Origin: an uncultured archaeon
GTDB lineage: Archaea; Asgardarchaeota; Lokiarchaeia; Sigyniarchaeales; Promethearchaeaceae
Length of the DNA stretch: 16,211 bases
Direction of reading: 5' to 3'
Assembly (NCBI GenBank): GCA_964426185.1
Contig: CAYRPF010000026.1
Span: 1 to 16,211 of the forward strand
Shown here piece by piece: positions 7,791 to 16,013 of the stretch. The notes under the pieces were generated by a model. That model made no database searches. It saw only the letters and a program-made list of their open reading frames with translations, and was not told the origin of the DNA. The number at the start of each line of letters is the position of its first letter. Position 1 is the stretch's first letter. A program made the translations under genes and the position numbers.

Positions 7791-10775
7791 TTATTCAAAT
7801 TTTTTAAGTTGATTTTTTACTTCTGATACCATTTTTTCGAAGGAAAAATCAGGATTTGAAAAGAATCCTTGAATAGAAGTGGGTTTTCCTCCTCCCTTAC
7901 CTTGAAATTTCTTTATAAGTGGGACGAAAATTATTTTTAAGTTCACATCAAGCGATTTTACATCTCTAAACGCGACTAGATTCCAACCATGAGCATTTCG
8001 ACCACCTATCATCACTACGGCATCAGACTTCTGTTTTAATATTTTTTTAGCTAAATTGCTGAGCATATTATTGTCAATTCCTTCATACCATGCAGATATC
8101 AAGGTAAATTTGCCAATTTTTTGCCCAGAATTAATCAATTTTTTAATATTTTCATCGCTCATGACTTCAGCAAATAAAGTTATATTGATTTTCATCTGTT
8201 CGTATTCGTTCTTGAATTTTTTGAACCGAATTAATAAATCTTCATATGGACATTCTAATTCTTTACTAAGGATTTTCAGTGGATCATCAGATAAGGAACA
8301 ATATTCTGATAGTTCCAAGGCACTTGGATCAATATTTCCAGTATTTTTTGCTTTTCGAAGCAATTTCCACTTTTTTATTAATTCTAAGCCTCGAGTAATC
8401 AGATTATCTTCAGAAGTTTCTAATATCTCTGCTAATTCTTTTTTAATTTCTTTATAACGCTCAAGAAGTTTGTTGGTGGTTTCCCCTGCAGTAAAGGTTA
8501 ATCGTACAATACCGTCTTGGATTTTCTGGGATTTAATGATCTTTATTCTACCAATCTCAGCAGTGTTATTTACATGTGTTCCCCCACAAGCTTCAACATC
8601 TACGTTAGGAATTTCTACAATGCGCAATTTTTTTCCTGGAACTGCACCACCTTGATAAACTCGCATCCCGTATTTCTGTTCTGCCTCACTCCGTTCGATA
8701 AAACCATGTTGTAATGGAATTCCTTGCTGGACAATTTCATTAGCTTTATCTTCAATTTTCTGCTGATCTTCATCTGAAATATTTTCAAAATGAGTTATAT
8801 CCAAATGGGCTTTTTCTAGAGTTTTCTTTGCACCTGCTTGGTTAATATGATTGCCTAAAACAACTCTGGCAGCAGCATTGACCACATGAGTAGCACTGTG
8901 ATGATGGGTAAGTATATTGCGACGGTGTTTATCAATTTTAATCTGAACGGAATCTCCCTCTTTAAAGGTGGGCGGTTCAGTTAGTATATGAACGATAACG
9001 GGACCTACAGTTATTACATCCCCAAAAGGAACCGTGTTAATCCATCCATTATCGTGCAACTGTCCACCCGAGGTGGGATATGCACAAGTTTGATCGACCA
9101 CTACAGTCCATGCATTTTTGCTTATGAATTCATCATCGTTTTCGGATTTTTCATTGACAAATTCATAATTAATTGGAGTAATTTGTAACACCTTAGCTTG
9201 ATTTTCATAAATTTTATAATCATCATAGTATAAGCGTTTTGTGGCAGGCAAACCATCGATTGGAATTTCTATTCTTTTATGAGTTGTATGAATTTGGGTC
9301 TTCCGTTCGTGTAGGGCCATTACTTTCTTATAAAAATCATCTGGAATTTCAATGTTAATGCCTCTATGTTTTGCGGCAGATTGAATTATTTCTGGATTAA
9401 TTCCATTACTATCATATAATTCCAATAGTTTTTCTTCTGTGATTTTTGATTTTTTCAACAACTTTGCCACAATCTTATCTGCTTCTTTCTTTGTAGCATA
9501 AAATTTTTGCTTTTCAACATCGAGCACTCTCTTTACTTCATCTAAATTTTCACTAACTTCAGGAAACAGTTCATATAACTCTTCTGCATGCCAAGCACAT
9601 ACTTCACCGAGATCTATCTCCCAATTAAATTGATCGATAAATCCCATTGCACGACGGAAGATTACCCTCAGGTTATAACCGCCTCCTACATTTGAAGGTA
9701 ATTTTCCATCTGAAATTGCGAAAAGCAAAGCTCGACTATGCTCAGCGATTGAATAAAGGGCAGTCATCGGTAGTATTTTTGCACGCAATTCCTCAGAAGT
9801 CATTTCAAGCTTATCTGCAACCACTTGCCATGCATCATTTAAATCTTCCACTTCATCACTGTTTAGAAAAGCAGAATATTGTGAAAAGCGATTAAAAAGA
9901 TGGTGATCGGGTTCTACTTTAGTAATTGCTTGTAAACGTTCTAATACTAATGGAAAAATGGCATCATATATCGTTGGTTTCGCCTGCGAAAACCAAGCTA
10001 CGCGTTCTTGGCCTAAACCCATATCTAAAACTTTTAATTTTAACGGCTCTGAGCCATTGGGAGTCTGTTGATAGAGCATATATACTTGATTGAATAACTC
10101 AACACCCCTACTAAAAAATTCAAGACAAGAACCATAATTTCCACCTCCAGCCCAAGCGTCTTCATGAATTTTGAATTCTGATTTCTCTAAACCAACCCCA
10201 TCAACCAGAAAATCGAAAATATCTTGGAACGCTTGCGCTTGATCCCATTCGTCTTCATCAACAAACATGTGCTGTCCGATCATCACAAAACCAGTGCAAT
10301 GAGAACCGGTGATACCGACATTTTCAATATCACTAAATCGCAGACAGAACTGAGGGATAATGAGTTTTTTAGCTGGAGGATGAATTTCTCCAGATATAAC
10401 ATAAGGTTGGAAGGCAGCAATGGATGCAATGGTAAATTCAGTAGTGGGATTCCATCTTGCAACCACTGGATATCGCTTAAGAGGTCTGTATCCTCGAGGT
10501 TCCAAAATTTCGACTATTTTTTTCCATACACCAATGAAACTAAGGTGATTCTTAGTGGGATTATTCTTTACTACTTGAAACCCTGCATTACAAGTGGGTT
10601 CACCGCATACATCTGAAGGTTTGTAGCTCCAAAAGAATTTTTCACATTTTGAGCACTGATATCTGTGGAAACCATTTTTTTCAAGAGTTTTAGTTGGATA
10701 ATATTTTTCTGGATTAAGAGAGGCAATTTTCTTGAATTGTTTTTTCTGCTCTTTATCCGATAACAATTTTCCCAT
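7791..10775 (-). CDS. alaS: Alanine--tRNA ligase, archaeal type
   Basis: N-terminal CSKC...CGEPTC, YPVVARW, FTIASIAAFQP, QFCLRFSDIENVGITGSH, LDMGLGQER, PSNVGGGYNLRVIFRR, YPTSGGQLHD, editing motifs HSATH and ACGGTH, and the C-Ala GKGGGK. Confidence 0.98.
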   Translation of the reverse strand: MGKLLSDKEQKKQFKKIASLNPEKYYPTKTLEKNGFHRYQCSKCEKFFWSYKPSDVCGEPTCNAGFQVVKNNPTKNHLSFIGVWKKIVEILEPRGYRPLKRYPVVARWNPTTEFTIASIAAFQPYVISGEIHPPAKKLIIPQFCLRFSDIENVGITGSHCTGFVMIGQHMFVDEDEWDQAQAFQDIFDFLVDGVGLEKSEFKIHEDAWAGGGNYGSCLEFFSRGVELFNQVYMLYQQTPNGSEPLKLKVLDMGLGQERVAWFSQAKPTIYDAIFPLVLERLQAITKVEPDHHLFNRFSQYSAFLNSDEVEDLNDAWQVVADKLEMTSEELRAKILPMTALYSIAEHSRALLFAISDGKLPSNVGGGYNLRVIFRRAMGFIDQFNWEIDLGEVCAWHAEELYELFPEVSENLDEVKRVLDVEKQKFYATKKEADKIVAKLLKKSKITEEKLLELYDSNGINPEIIQSAAKHRGINIEIPDDFYKKVMALHERKTQIHTTHKRIEIPIDGLPATKRLYYDDYKIYENQAKVLQITPINYEFVNEKSENDDEFISKNAWTVVVDQTCAYPTSGGQLHDNGWINTVPFGDVITVGPVIVHILTEPPTFKEGDSVQIKIDKHRRNILTHHHSATHVVNAAARVVLGNHINQAGAKKTLEKAHLDITHFENISDEDQQKIEDKANEIVQQGIPLQHGFIERSEAEQKYGMRVYQGGAVPGKKLRIVEIPNVDVEACGGTHVNNTAEIGRIKIIKSQKIQDGIVRLTFTAGETTNKLLERYKEIKKELAEILETSEDNLITRGLELIKKWKLLRKAKNTGNIDPSALELSEYCSLSDDPLKILSKELECPYEDLLIRFKKFKNEYEQMKINITLFAEVMSDENIKKLINSGQKIGKFTLISAWYEGIDNNMLSNLAKKILKQKSDAVVMIGGRNAHGWNLVAFRDVKSLDVNLKIIFVPLIKKFQGKGGGKPTSIQGFFSNPDFSFEKMVSEVKNQLKKFE

Positions 10776-10917
10776 ACGTTTTCAAGCATAATAAGATTAG
10801 AATTTAGAAAAATTTTTTGCCTTTAGATTTGAAGAAAAATAAGAACATAAAAGTAAAGATCATGTTGAAAATGTAGCATTTTAAATAGGTGCATTTGCTT
10901 AATTAATTTCGAGTATA

Positions 10918-11133
10918 ATGAAACAAATGAAATGGATCATCCTTATTATTGGAATAATTGGATTCTTCTTAGTCGCCCTAACAAATAATCCATTCGCCAT
11001 TTTTGCATACTTTGGCTTATATCTATGTTCTACAATTGCCATCTTCCAATATTTCTTTAGTCGTGTCGAAGCTCCTACAACAATTCAAATTATTTCAGAA
11101 AATTCTATGAATAAGGAAAATAGTACAAATTAA
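10918..11133 (+). CDS. Small membrane protein (two predicted TM helices)
   Basis: 71-aa ATG ORF in the intergenic space with two hydrophobic segments (WIILIIGIIGFFLVAL and FAIFAYFGLYLCSTIAIFQYFF). Confidence 0.65.
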   Translation: MKQMKWIILIIGIIGFFLVALTNNPFAIFAYFGLYLCSTIAIFQYFFSRVEAPTTIQIISENSMNKENSTN

Positions 11134-11276
11134 ATATTGAAATTGATCAAATTGTTCAAAGTATCCAAAATGTGATAAAAAAGGGTATTTCTTCATTTTA
11201 CTGGATTTAAGATTTGCTTTATAAGCGAAGTAACTAAATTTTTAACAATCAGATTACATACTTCTTTTGATTTTCA

Positions 11277-12971
11277 GTGAATTCCAAAGAAAATACTTCT
11301 TCTGCACCCAAAGAGCGACTTGAAAAAGATCAAATTAAAGATTTAAAAGATATCAGAGATACGATCGATAAGCAGCTTCGGGAAGCCAAGCATACTTTGG
11401 AAGAAACACCGAGCAAAGAAGAAACGACTCGAAAGGAATTAGTTCTTGCATTGGATGATTTGCAGGAGAAAATTGATCACCAGAAAGAAATTTTGAATAA
11501 TTTAAATCTCCAAATTAAAACCCAACAAGAATCCTTGCAGAAATACAATGAGAAATTATCAGGAATTGAATCACTTTACAGCCAGAAAGAGGCAAATTTA
11601 GAAAAAATAAATAAAAAGATTGAAAATTTGGTTCAGCAGCGTGAAATTTTGGAAGAACTCGAAAATCATCTAAAAACTTCCATCGATTCTCTTCAAAAGA
11701 AATCGAGTGAAATGGAATCTACACTTGGGGCGGTAACCCGAGAACATTTGAAAATTATTGAAGATATGTCAAAACTTCAAAACCAGTACAATCATTTATC
11801 ATCAGATTTCTCGGATAAGAAAAACTATTTATCAACATTGGACCAGGAAATCGCAGAAAATCGCTCCACTTTAACAAAATTAAAAGAAGATATTAATGAA
11901 AAAGAGAACCAATTAGTAAAATTAAAAGAATCACTTTCCTTGCGGGAAAAATATTTGGATGATTTAGAAAAGAAAATTCTTGAACGTCAAAAAGATTTAA
12001 CCACAATTGTTGAAGAATTCAGTCATTTCGATCATGAGCTTCCAATAAAAAAACAAGAATTCCAAGAATTATCAACACAAATTGAAGAAAAGACAAATAA
12101 AATAATGGAAATGAAGGAATACATAGAAACATTGGAACGAGAACACTTGGAATATGTCGAAAAGCACGGGCAAGTTAAATCAGAATATACTGAAAAAGAA
12201 AAAGAACTAGAAGAATTAAAATCAGCTATAGATGTGCGGGAAAAATACCTACAACAAATTCAGAAAAAAATCGATGAGCGAACTGCAAAACTTATGGAAG
12301 TCACAGAAAAACAGGCAGAACTTGATGAAATAATACCACAATTAGAAAAACGAAATTCTGATCTCACGGATAGCATTAGACTCTTAGATAAACATCTGGA
12401 AGAACGTAAAGAACAACTAAATACATTAACTGAACAAGTAAACATATATTCCACAACATTTGGACGTTTGATGGAAAAAATTAAGGGAAACGAAACAATT
12501 ATTGCCCAACAGACTCAAAGAATGGAAGAATTCGATAAAGATTACATTGCGAAAAGGGAAGAAAAAGAAAATATTGAAAAAAAATATCGTATACTGATTG
12601 ATAAACTGAAAGATGCTAAAGAAGAATATGAGAAACTTGAGCAAAAGAAAGTAAATTCAGAACGTACCCTCAAAGAGGCAGAATCTAACTTAAATGCTCT
12701 GCGAAAAAAACTCGGTTCTATGGAAAAAACAATTCGTGAAGCAGAAGCTAGAATTCAAGAAAATATGGTGTTAACTAAAATACGTAAAATTGCAAAATTA
12801 TATGGAGGCGCAGTTTTTATTATTGGGTTAAGTTTTTTCATCTTTGGGCTAATAATGATGCTGATTCCGACATCTTCAACCGTAGATTTCCCCCAAAACC
12901 TCTCACTCGGATTATTTATAATTGGAGGAGTGTTACTTTTCATTAGTGGATTGCTACATATGAGTACATAG
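11277..12971 (+). CDS. Long coiled-coil protein with two C-terminal TM helices
   Basis: About 490 aa of continuous E/K/L/Q heptads with no Walker motifs, then two hydrophobic segments at the C-terminus. GTG start, with an in-frame TGA just upstream and a TTTATAA box at about 11218-11224. Confidence 0.88.
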   Translation: MNSKENTSSAPKERLEKDQIKDLKDIRDTIDKQLREAKHTLEETPSKEETTRKELVLALDDLQEKIDHQKEILNNLNLQIKTQQESLQKYNEKLSGIESLYSQKEANLEKINKKIENLVQQREILEELENHLKTSIDSLQKKSSEMESTLGAVTREHLKIIEDMSKLQNQYNHLSSDFSDKKNYLSTLDQEIAENRSTLTKLKEDINEKENQLVKLKESLSLREKYLDDLEKKILERQKDLTTIVEEFSHFDHELPIKKQEFQELSTQIEEKTNKIMEMKEYIETLEREHLEYVEKHGQVKSEYTEKEKELEELKSAIDVREKYLQQIQKKIDERTAKLMEVTEKQAELDEIIPQLEKRNSDLTDSIRLLDKHLEERKEQLNTLTEQVNIYSTTFGRLMEKIKGNETIIAQQTQRMEEFDKDYIAKREEKENIEKKYRILIDKLKDAKEEYEKLEQKKVNSERTLKEAESNLNALRKKLGSMEKTIREAEARIQENMVLTKIRKIAKLYGGAVFIIGLSFFIFGLIMMLIPTSSTVDFPQNLSLGLFIIGGVLLFISGLLHMST

Positions 12972-12982
12972 AATTAAAATTT

Positions 12983-12988
12983 AGGTGA
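12983..12988 (+). promoter_or_regulatory. Shine-Dalgarno AGGTGA of the TPR-like gene
   Basis: AGGTGA lies 5 nt upstream of in-frame ATC 12994, the same geometry as at selD. Confidence 0.65.
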
Positions 12989-12993
12989 TATAA

Positions 12994-14907
12994 ATCGAAC
13001 GCCTCTCTTACAAACCCGTTGAAAAATTTCATGAAATCTTTAAATTACTTGGATTTGAAGCCTCTAATCGATATCACAACTATTTCCGTTATAGTATTTT
13101 GACAGAACCAGAAATTTCGATTAGTTTCAGGATAAAACTGCCCATTTTTCTTCCGATTTCAAACCCAATTCCTCTTGAACTTTGTTCTTTTAACATTTCT
13201 TGCTATTTTCGCCCAAGATGGTTGGATTCAAAATTTGAGGAATTTTTGCGAAGTTTTCTAACCAAAACAATGACTTACTACAATTACTTAATTGATGAAT
13301 ACCCTCTAAATCCGTATTTTACGCTGGACAAATTCGAAAATGCTTTAAATTCTGTTTTTAATCAAATTTACGCCTCAAAGTCTGAGATTTCCTATGATGA
13401 TACTATTTCAGATTTTCAAGCATATAAACCTCTCCGGAATCATTTTTTGTTGAAGTTCGATGATTTCTTGCAAATTTCAGAACAATTATCAGAAATATAT
13501 TCATATCTCGCAGAACAAAATTGCTTTGAAATGACTACAAATTTCCCCCCTGAACTTCATTCAAATATTCCATTTAAAAAACAACACTTAGTTGGGGTTT
13601 TCACCAACACCTCACATCAAGAATATCTTCAAGAATTTCTGGTGGGAGAACCTGGGAGTATATCATTTTGTCGCGATATAAAATACAAAAATATATGGTT
13701 TCGGTTTGGAATTGAATCACATGTTCTTTTTCCCTTTTTACAATTTCAACTTCATCAATCTGATTTTCAAATCGATTGGAAAATTCTAATTCAGGATTGG
13801 ATTTCATATGGAAGGGGTTTTTCGCAAGAAATTTTATCTTTTATGAAGGAGGAAATTGAAGTAAATTCTCAATTCTTATTACCTTTTTCAGAACAGAAAT
13901 TTCTCTTGGAAAAAAGTTATTTTGAAGAAAGTTATGGCCTATTTTTTCCGATACTCGTGTTTGAAGGATTAAAATCAATACTACATGCATCTCAGATTAA
14001 TAAAAAACAGGATTTTGAACCCCAAAATTTTCGAGATCTAATCTATCTATGGCGGTTTCAAAGAGCAAAATTTATGTTTTATCAAAAAGATTGGTTAAAC
14101 GCTGAACAATATCTTCTTCCTTTACTAAATGAAATTAAATCAAACCATTATCCCAATTTTTGCATTGAAATATGTTATTCATTGGCTGAAATTTCCGAAA
14201 AATTGAAAAATTACACTCAAGGAATCGAGTATTTGCTTAAAGGTCTTGAATTCGCCAAAAATGGGACAACACCGATATTGAAAATTTTACATTTGCATTT
14301 CTATCTCATGAAATTAGCATTTTATCGAAGCAATGAAAAAGAAAAAGTAAAACACGAAGAAATCCTATTTAGCGTTCTAAATGATTTTCCAAACGGGAAA
14401 GAAAAATCAAAAATGGTTCTGCAAATAGAACTGTGGCATATTCATTGGGATATTGAAGAAGGATGGTTAGACTCTGCCAAAGAACGACTCCTTGGTATAA
14501 AAAACCCAGAAAAATATGGATCAGATTATGAAATAGAATTCAACTTCCTTTGGGGTCAATTTTACAAAAAATCAAATAATTTAGAACAAATGTGGAAAGC
14601 TTATGAAAAGAATTTTAAATTTTCACCTAGGAAAAATTACTTTTTGGGCTTGTCTTACTTAGAATACGTTGCGGAGTACTTTCTTCAGCCCAATTATTCT
14701 TCTTTTCTTTATCGAGGGTTTCAAATGCTCCAAAAAGCTGCAGAATTCTTTGATTACCATAATCCTCGCGATTTACTCAAATTGAGTGAAATCTTGGCTA
14801 AGCTCATTGAGATTTGTTTTCAATTACATAATGATGACCTCGCGATTAAATACCAAAAACAGCTAAGTGCTTGTCATTCTGTAATTTCCTTCTTTATGCA
14901 TAAATAA
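12994..14907 (+). CDS. Hypothetical protein with C-terminal TPR-like helical repeats; probable ATC start (637 aa, versus track start TTG 13099)
   Basis: TPR-like segments (ICYSLAEISEKLKNYTQGIEYLLKGLEF and FNFLWGQFYKKSNNLEQMWKAYEK). The frame is open 35 codons upstream of 13099 (IERLSYKPVEKFHEIFKLLGFEASNRYHNYFRYSI), up to TAA 12991-12993. Confidence 0.75.
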   Translation: MERLSYKPVEKFHEIFKLLGFEASNRYHNYFRYSILTEPEISISFRIKLPIFLPISNPIPLELCSFNISCYFRPRWLDSKFEEFLRSFLTKTMTYYNYLIDEYPLNPYFTLDKFENALNSVFNQIYASKSEISYDDTISDFQAYKPLRNHFLLKFDDFLQISEQLSEIYSYLAEQNCFEMTTNFPPELHSNIPFKKQHLVGVFTNTSHQEYLQEFLVGEPGSISFCRDIKYKNIWFRFGIESHVLFPFLQFQLHQSDFQIDWKILIQDWISYGRGFSQEILSFMKEEIEVNSQFLLPFSEQKFLLEKSYFEESYGLFFPILVFEGLKSILHASQINKKQDFEPQNFRDLIYLWRFQRAKFMFYQKDWLNAEQYLLPLLNEIKSNHYPNFCIEICYSLAEISEKLKNYTQGIEYLLKGLEFAKNGTTPILKILHLHFYLMKLAFYRSNEKEKVKHEEILFSVLNDFPNGKEKSKMVLQIELWHIHWDIEEGWLDSAKERLLGIKNPEKYGSDYEIEFNFLWGQFYKKSNNLEQMWKAYEKNFKFSPRKNYFLGLSYLEYVAEYFLQPNYSSFLYRGFQMLQKAAEFFDYHNPRDLLKLSEILAKLIEICFQLHNDDLAIKYQKQLSACHSVISFFMHK

Positions 14908-15138
14908 ATGTACCAAAATTGAAAAAATTCCTTTTTTTTAATTATTATTTTGGAAACTTTCCAATATTTTCACTAAAAAATTACAAAAAATTTGAAAAAA
15001 AAAAGAAATACCATAATTTTTCTTGCCCTTGGAATTTATCTTTAAAAGAACATTCAATATTAGTGTATTTGTAGCAATTAGATCTACAATTAATTCAAAA
15101 GGAACATATATATTCAATAAAAACCATGTTATGATTAC

Positions 15139-15310
15139 GAGTCGGGCAAATCTAACTTTTCTTAGAGACTCAGAATAGTCTCGTCTCCCCTCTAGTTGGT
15201 TTGCTTCCCCTTATTTCCAATCTAGTTGGGTGTTTAAACCTTGAGCAGGTTTTGCTCATAAACTCCCTCTTTTTATTTTTTAACGCCCGACTCATCTCTT
15301 TTATTGAGAT
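15139..15310 (+). ncRNA. Candidate structured small RNA closed by a 9-bp GC-rich terminal stem (strand tentative)
   Basis: GAGTCGGGC 15139-15147 pairs with GCCCGACTC 15285-15293. Internal hairpins are GAGACT/AGTCTC (15165-15182), CCAA/TTGG (15217-15229) and TGAGCA/TGCTCA (15242-15258). A TATATAT box at 15107-15113 is preceded by a purine-rich BRE-like stretch. Confidence 0.55.
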
Positions 15311-15314
15311 GTGA

Positions 15315-15968
15315 TTATTTAAGTCTTTTTTTCCTGATTAAGATTGAAATTAAAACTAATTGGGTTGTTCCAAAAGCTATCACCAAAAAGTTATCATATC
15401 CATTAATAAACGGGATATAATATGATCCCAAAACATGAGAACTCTCCAATTTATAACTATCGGGTCCGTTTTCAACGAGTACAATTTGAAGATAAACCAA
15501 AAGTGTTTGGATGCCGGTATAGTTGTAATTTAATCTGATATTTGCAACACTTTGATTCAAATCTGAATCGAATATATATTGTATTGATGTATTGTAAGCT
15601 GCAGCTTGCTCGTATATAGCAGGATCTATGGAAAAATTAGACAATATGAAATCTGAAGTAGGTCGTTTTTGAAAAATAAATAGATAGAAAATACCTTGAT
15701 AAAAAGCAGTTAGGTTAATAGCCCAAATTTCGTTGGGATCTAGAGATGTTACATAAAATTTCGTTGAACCTTGCTCCATTCTAAATATTTCGGAATATTG
15801 ATATTTATCCAGAGTGGAGTCTGAAGAAGAAGTACACACAATGGGCGAGATCTGAATATTCAAGAAGTTTATTGAAAATGAAAGTAAGAGTAAAACTACA
15901 ATTACACGCTGAATCGATTTTCGATACAATATCCTATTATATTGAGGAAAATATGCTTTCATATTCAT
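15315..15968 (-). CDS. Cell-surface protein with an N-terminal signal/TM segment and a Loki-CTERM/PGF-CTERM-like sorting tail
   Basis: Basic plus hydrophobic N-terminus (RKSIQRVIVVLLLLSFSINFL). The C-terminus IPFINGY-DNFLVIAFGTTQLVLISILI-RKKRLK is a motif + TM helix + basic cluster. TATAAA lies 24 nt upstream of the ATG. Confidence 0.75.
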   Translation of the reverse strand: MNMKAYFPQYNRILYRKSIQRVIVVLLLLSFSINFLNIQISPIVCTSSSDSTLDKYQYSEIFRMEQGSTKFYVTSLDPNEIWAINLTAFYQGIFYLFIFQKRPTSDFILSNFSIDPAIYEQAAAYNTSIQYIFDSDLNQSVANIRLNYNYTGIQTLLVYLQIVLVENGPDSYKLESSHVLGSYYIPFINGYDNFLVIAFGTTQLVLISILIRKKRLK

Positions 15969-16013
15969 TCTTAATTACACCTTAAAGAAAAATTTATAGC
16001 TATTTTTTGATTT

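Noticed and set aside
7287-10789. Small ORFs overlapping the MBL gene and alaS
   Set aside because: Shadow or alternate-frame ORFs within well-supported genes.
11277-12971. SMC/Rad50 ATPase
   Set aside because: No Walker A/B, signature motif, hinge or Zn hook, and it has C-terminal TM helices instead.
12260-13807. Short minus-strand ORFs within the coiled-coil and TPR-like genes
   Set aside because: Antisense shadows with no independent support.
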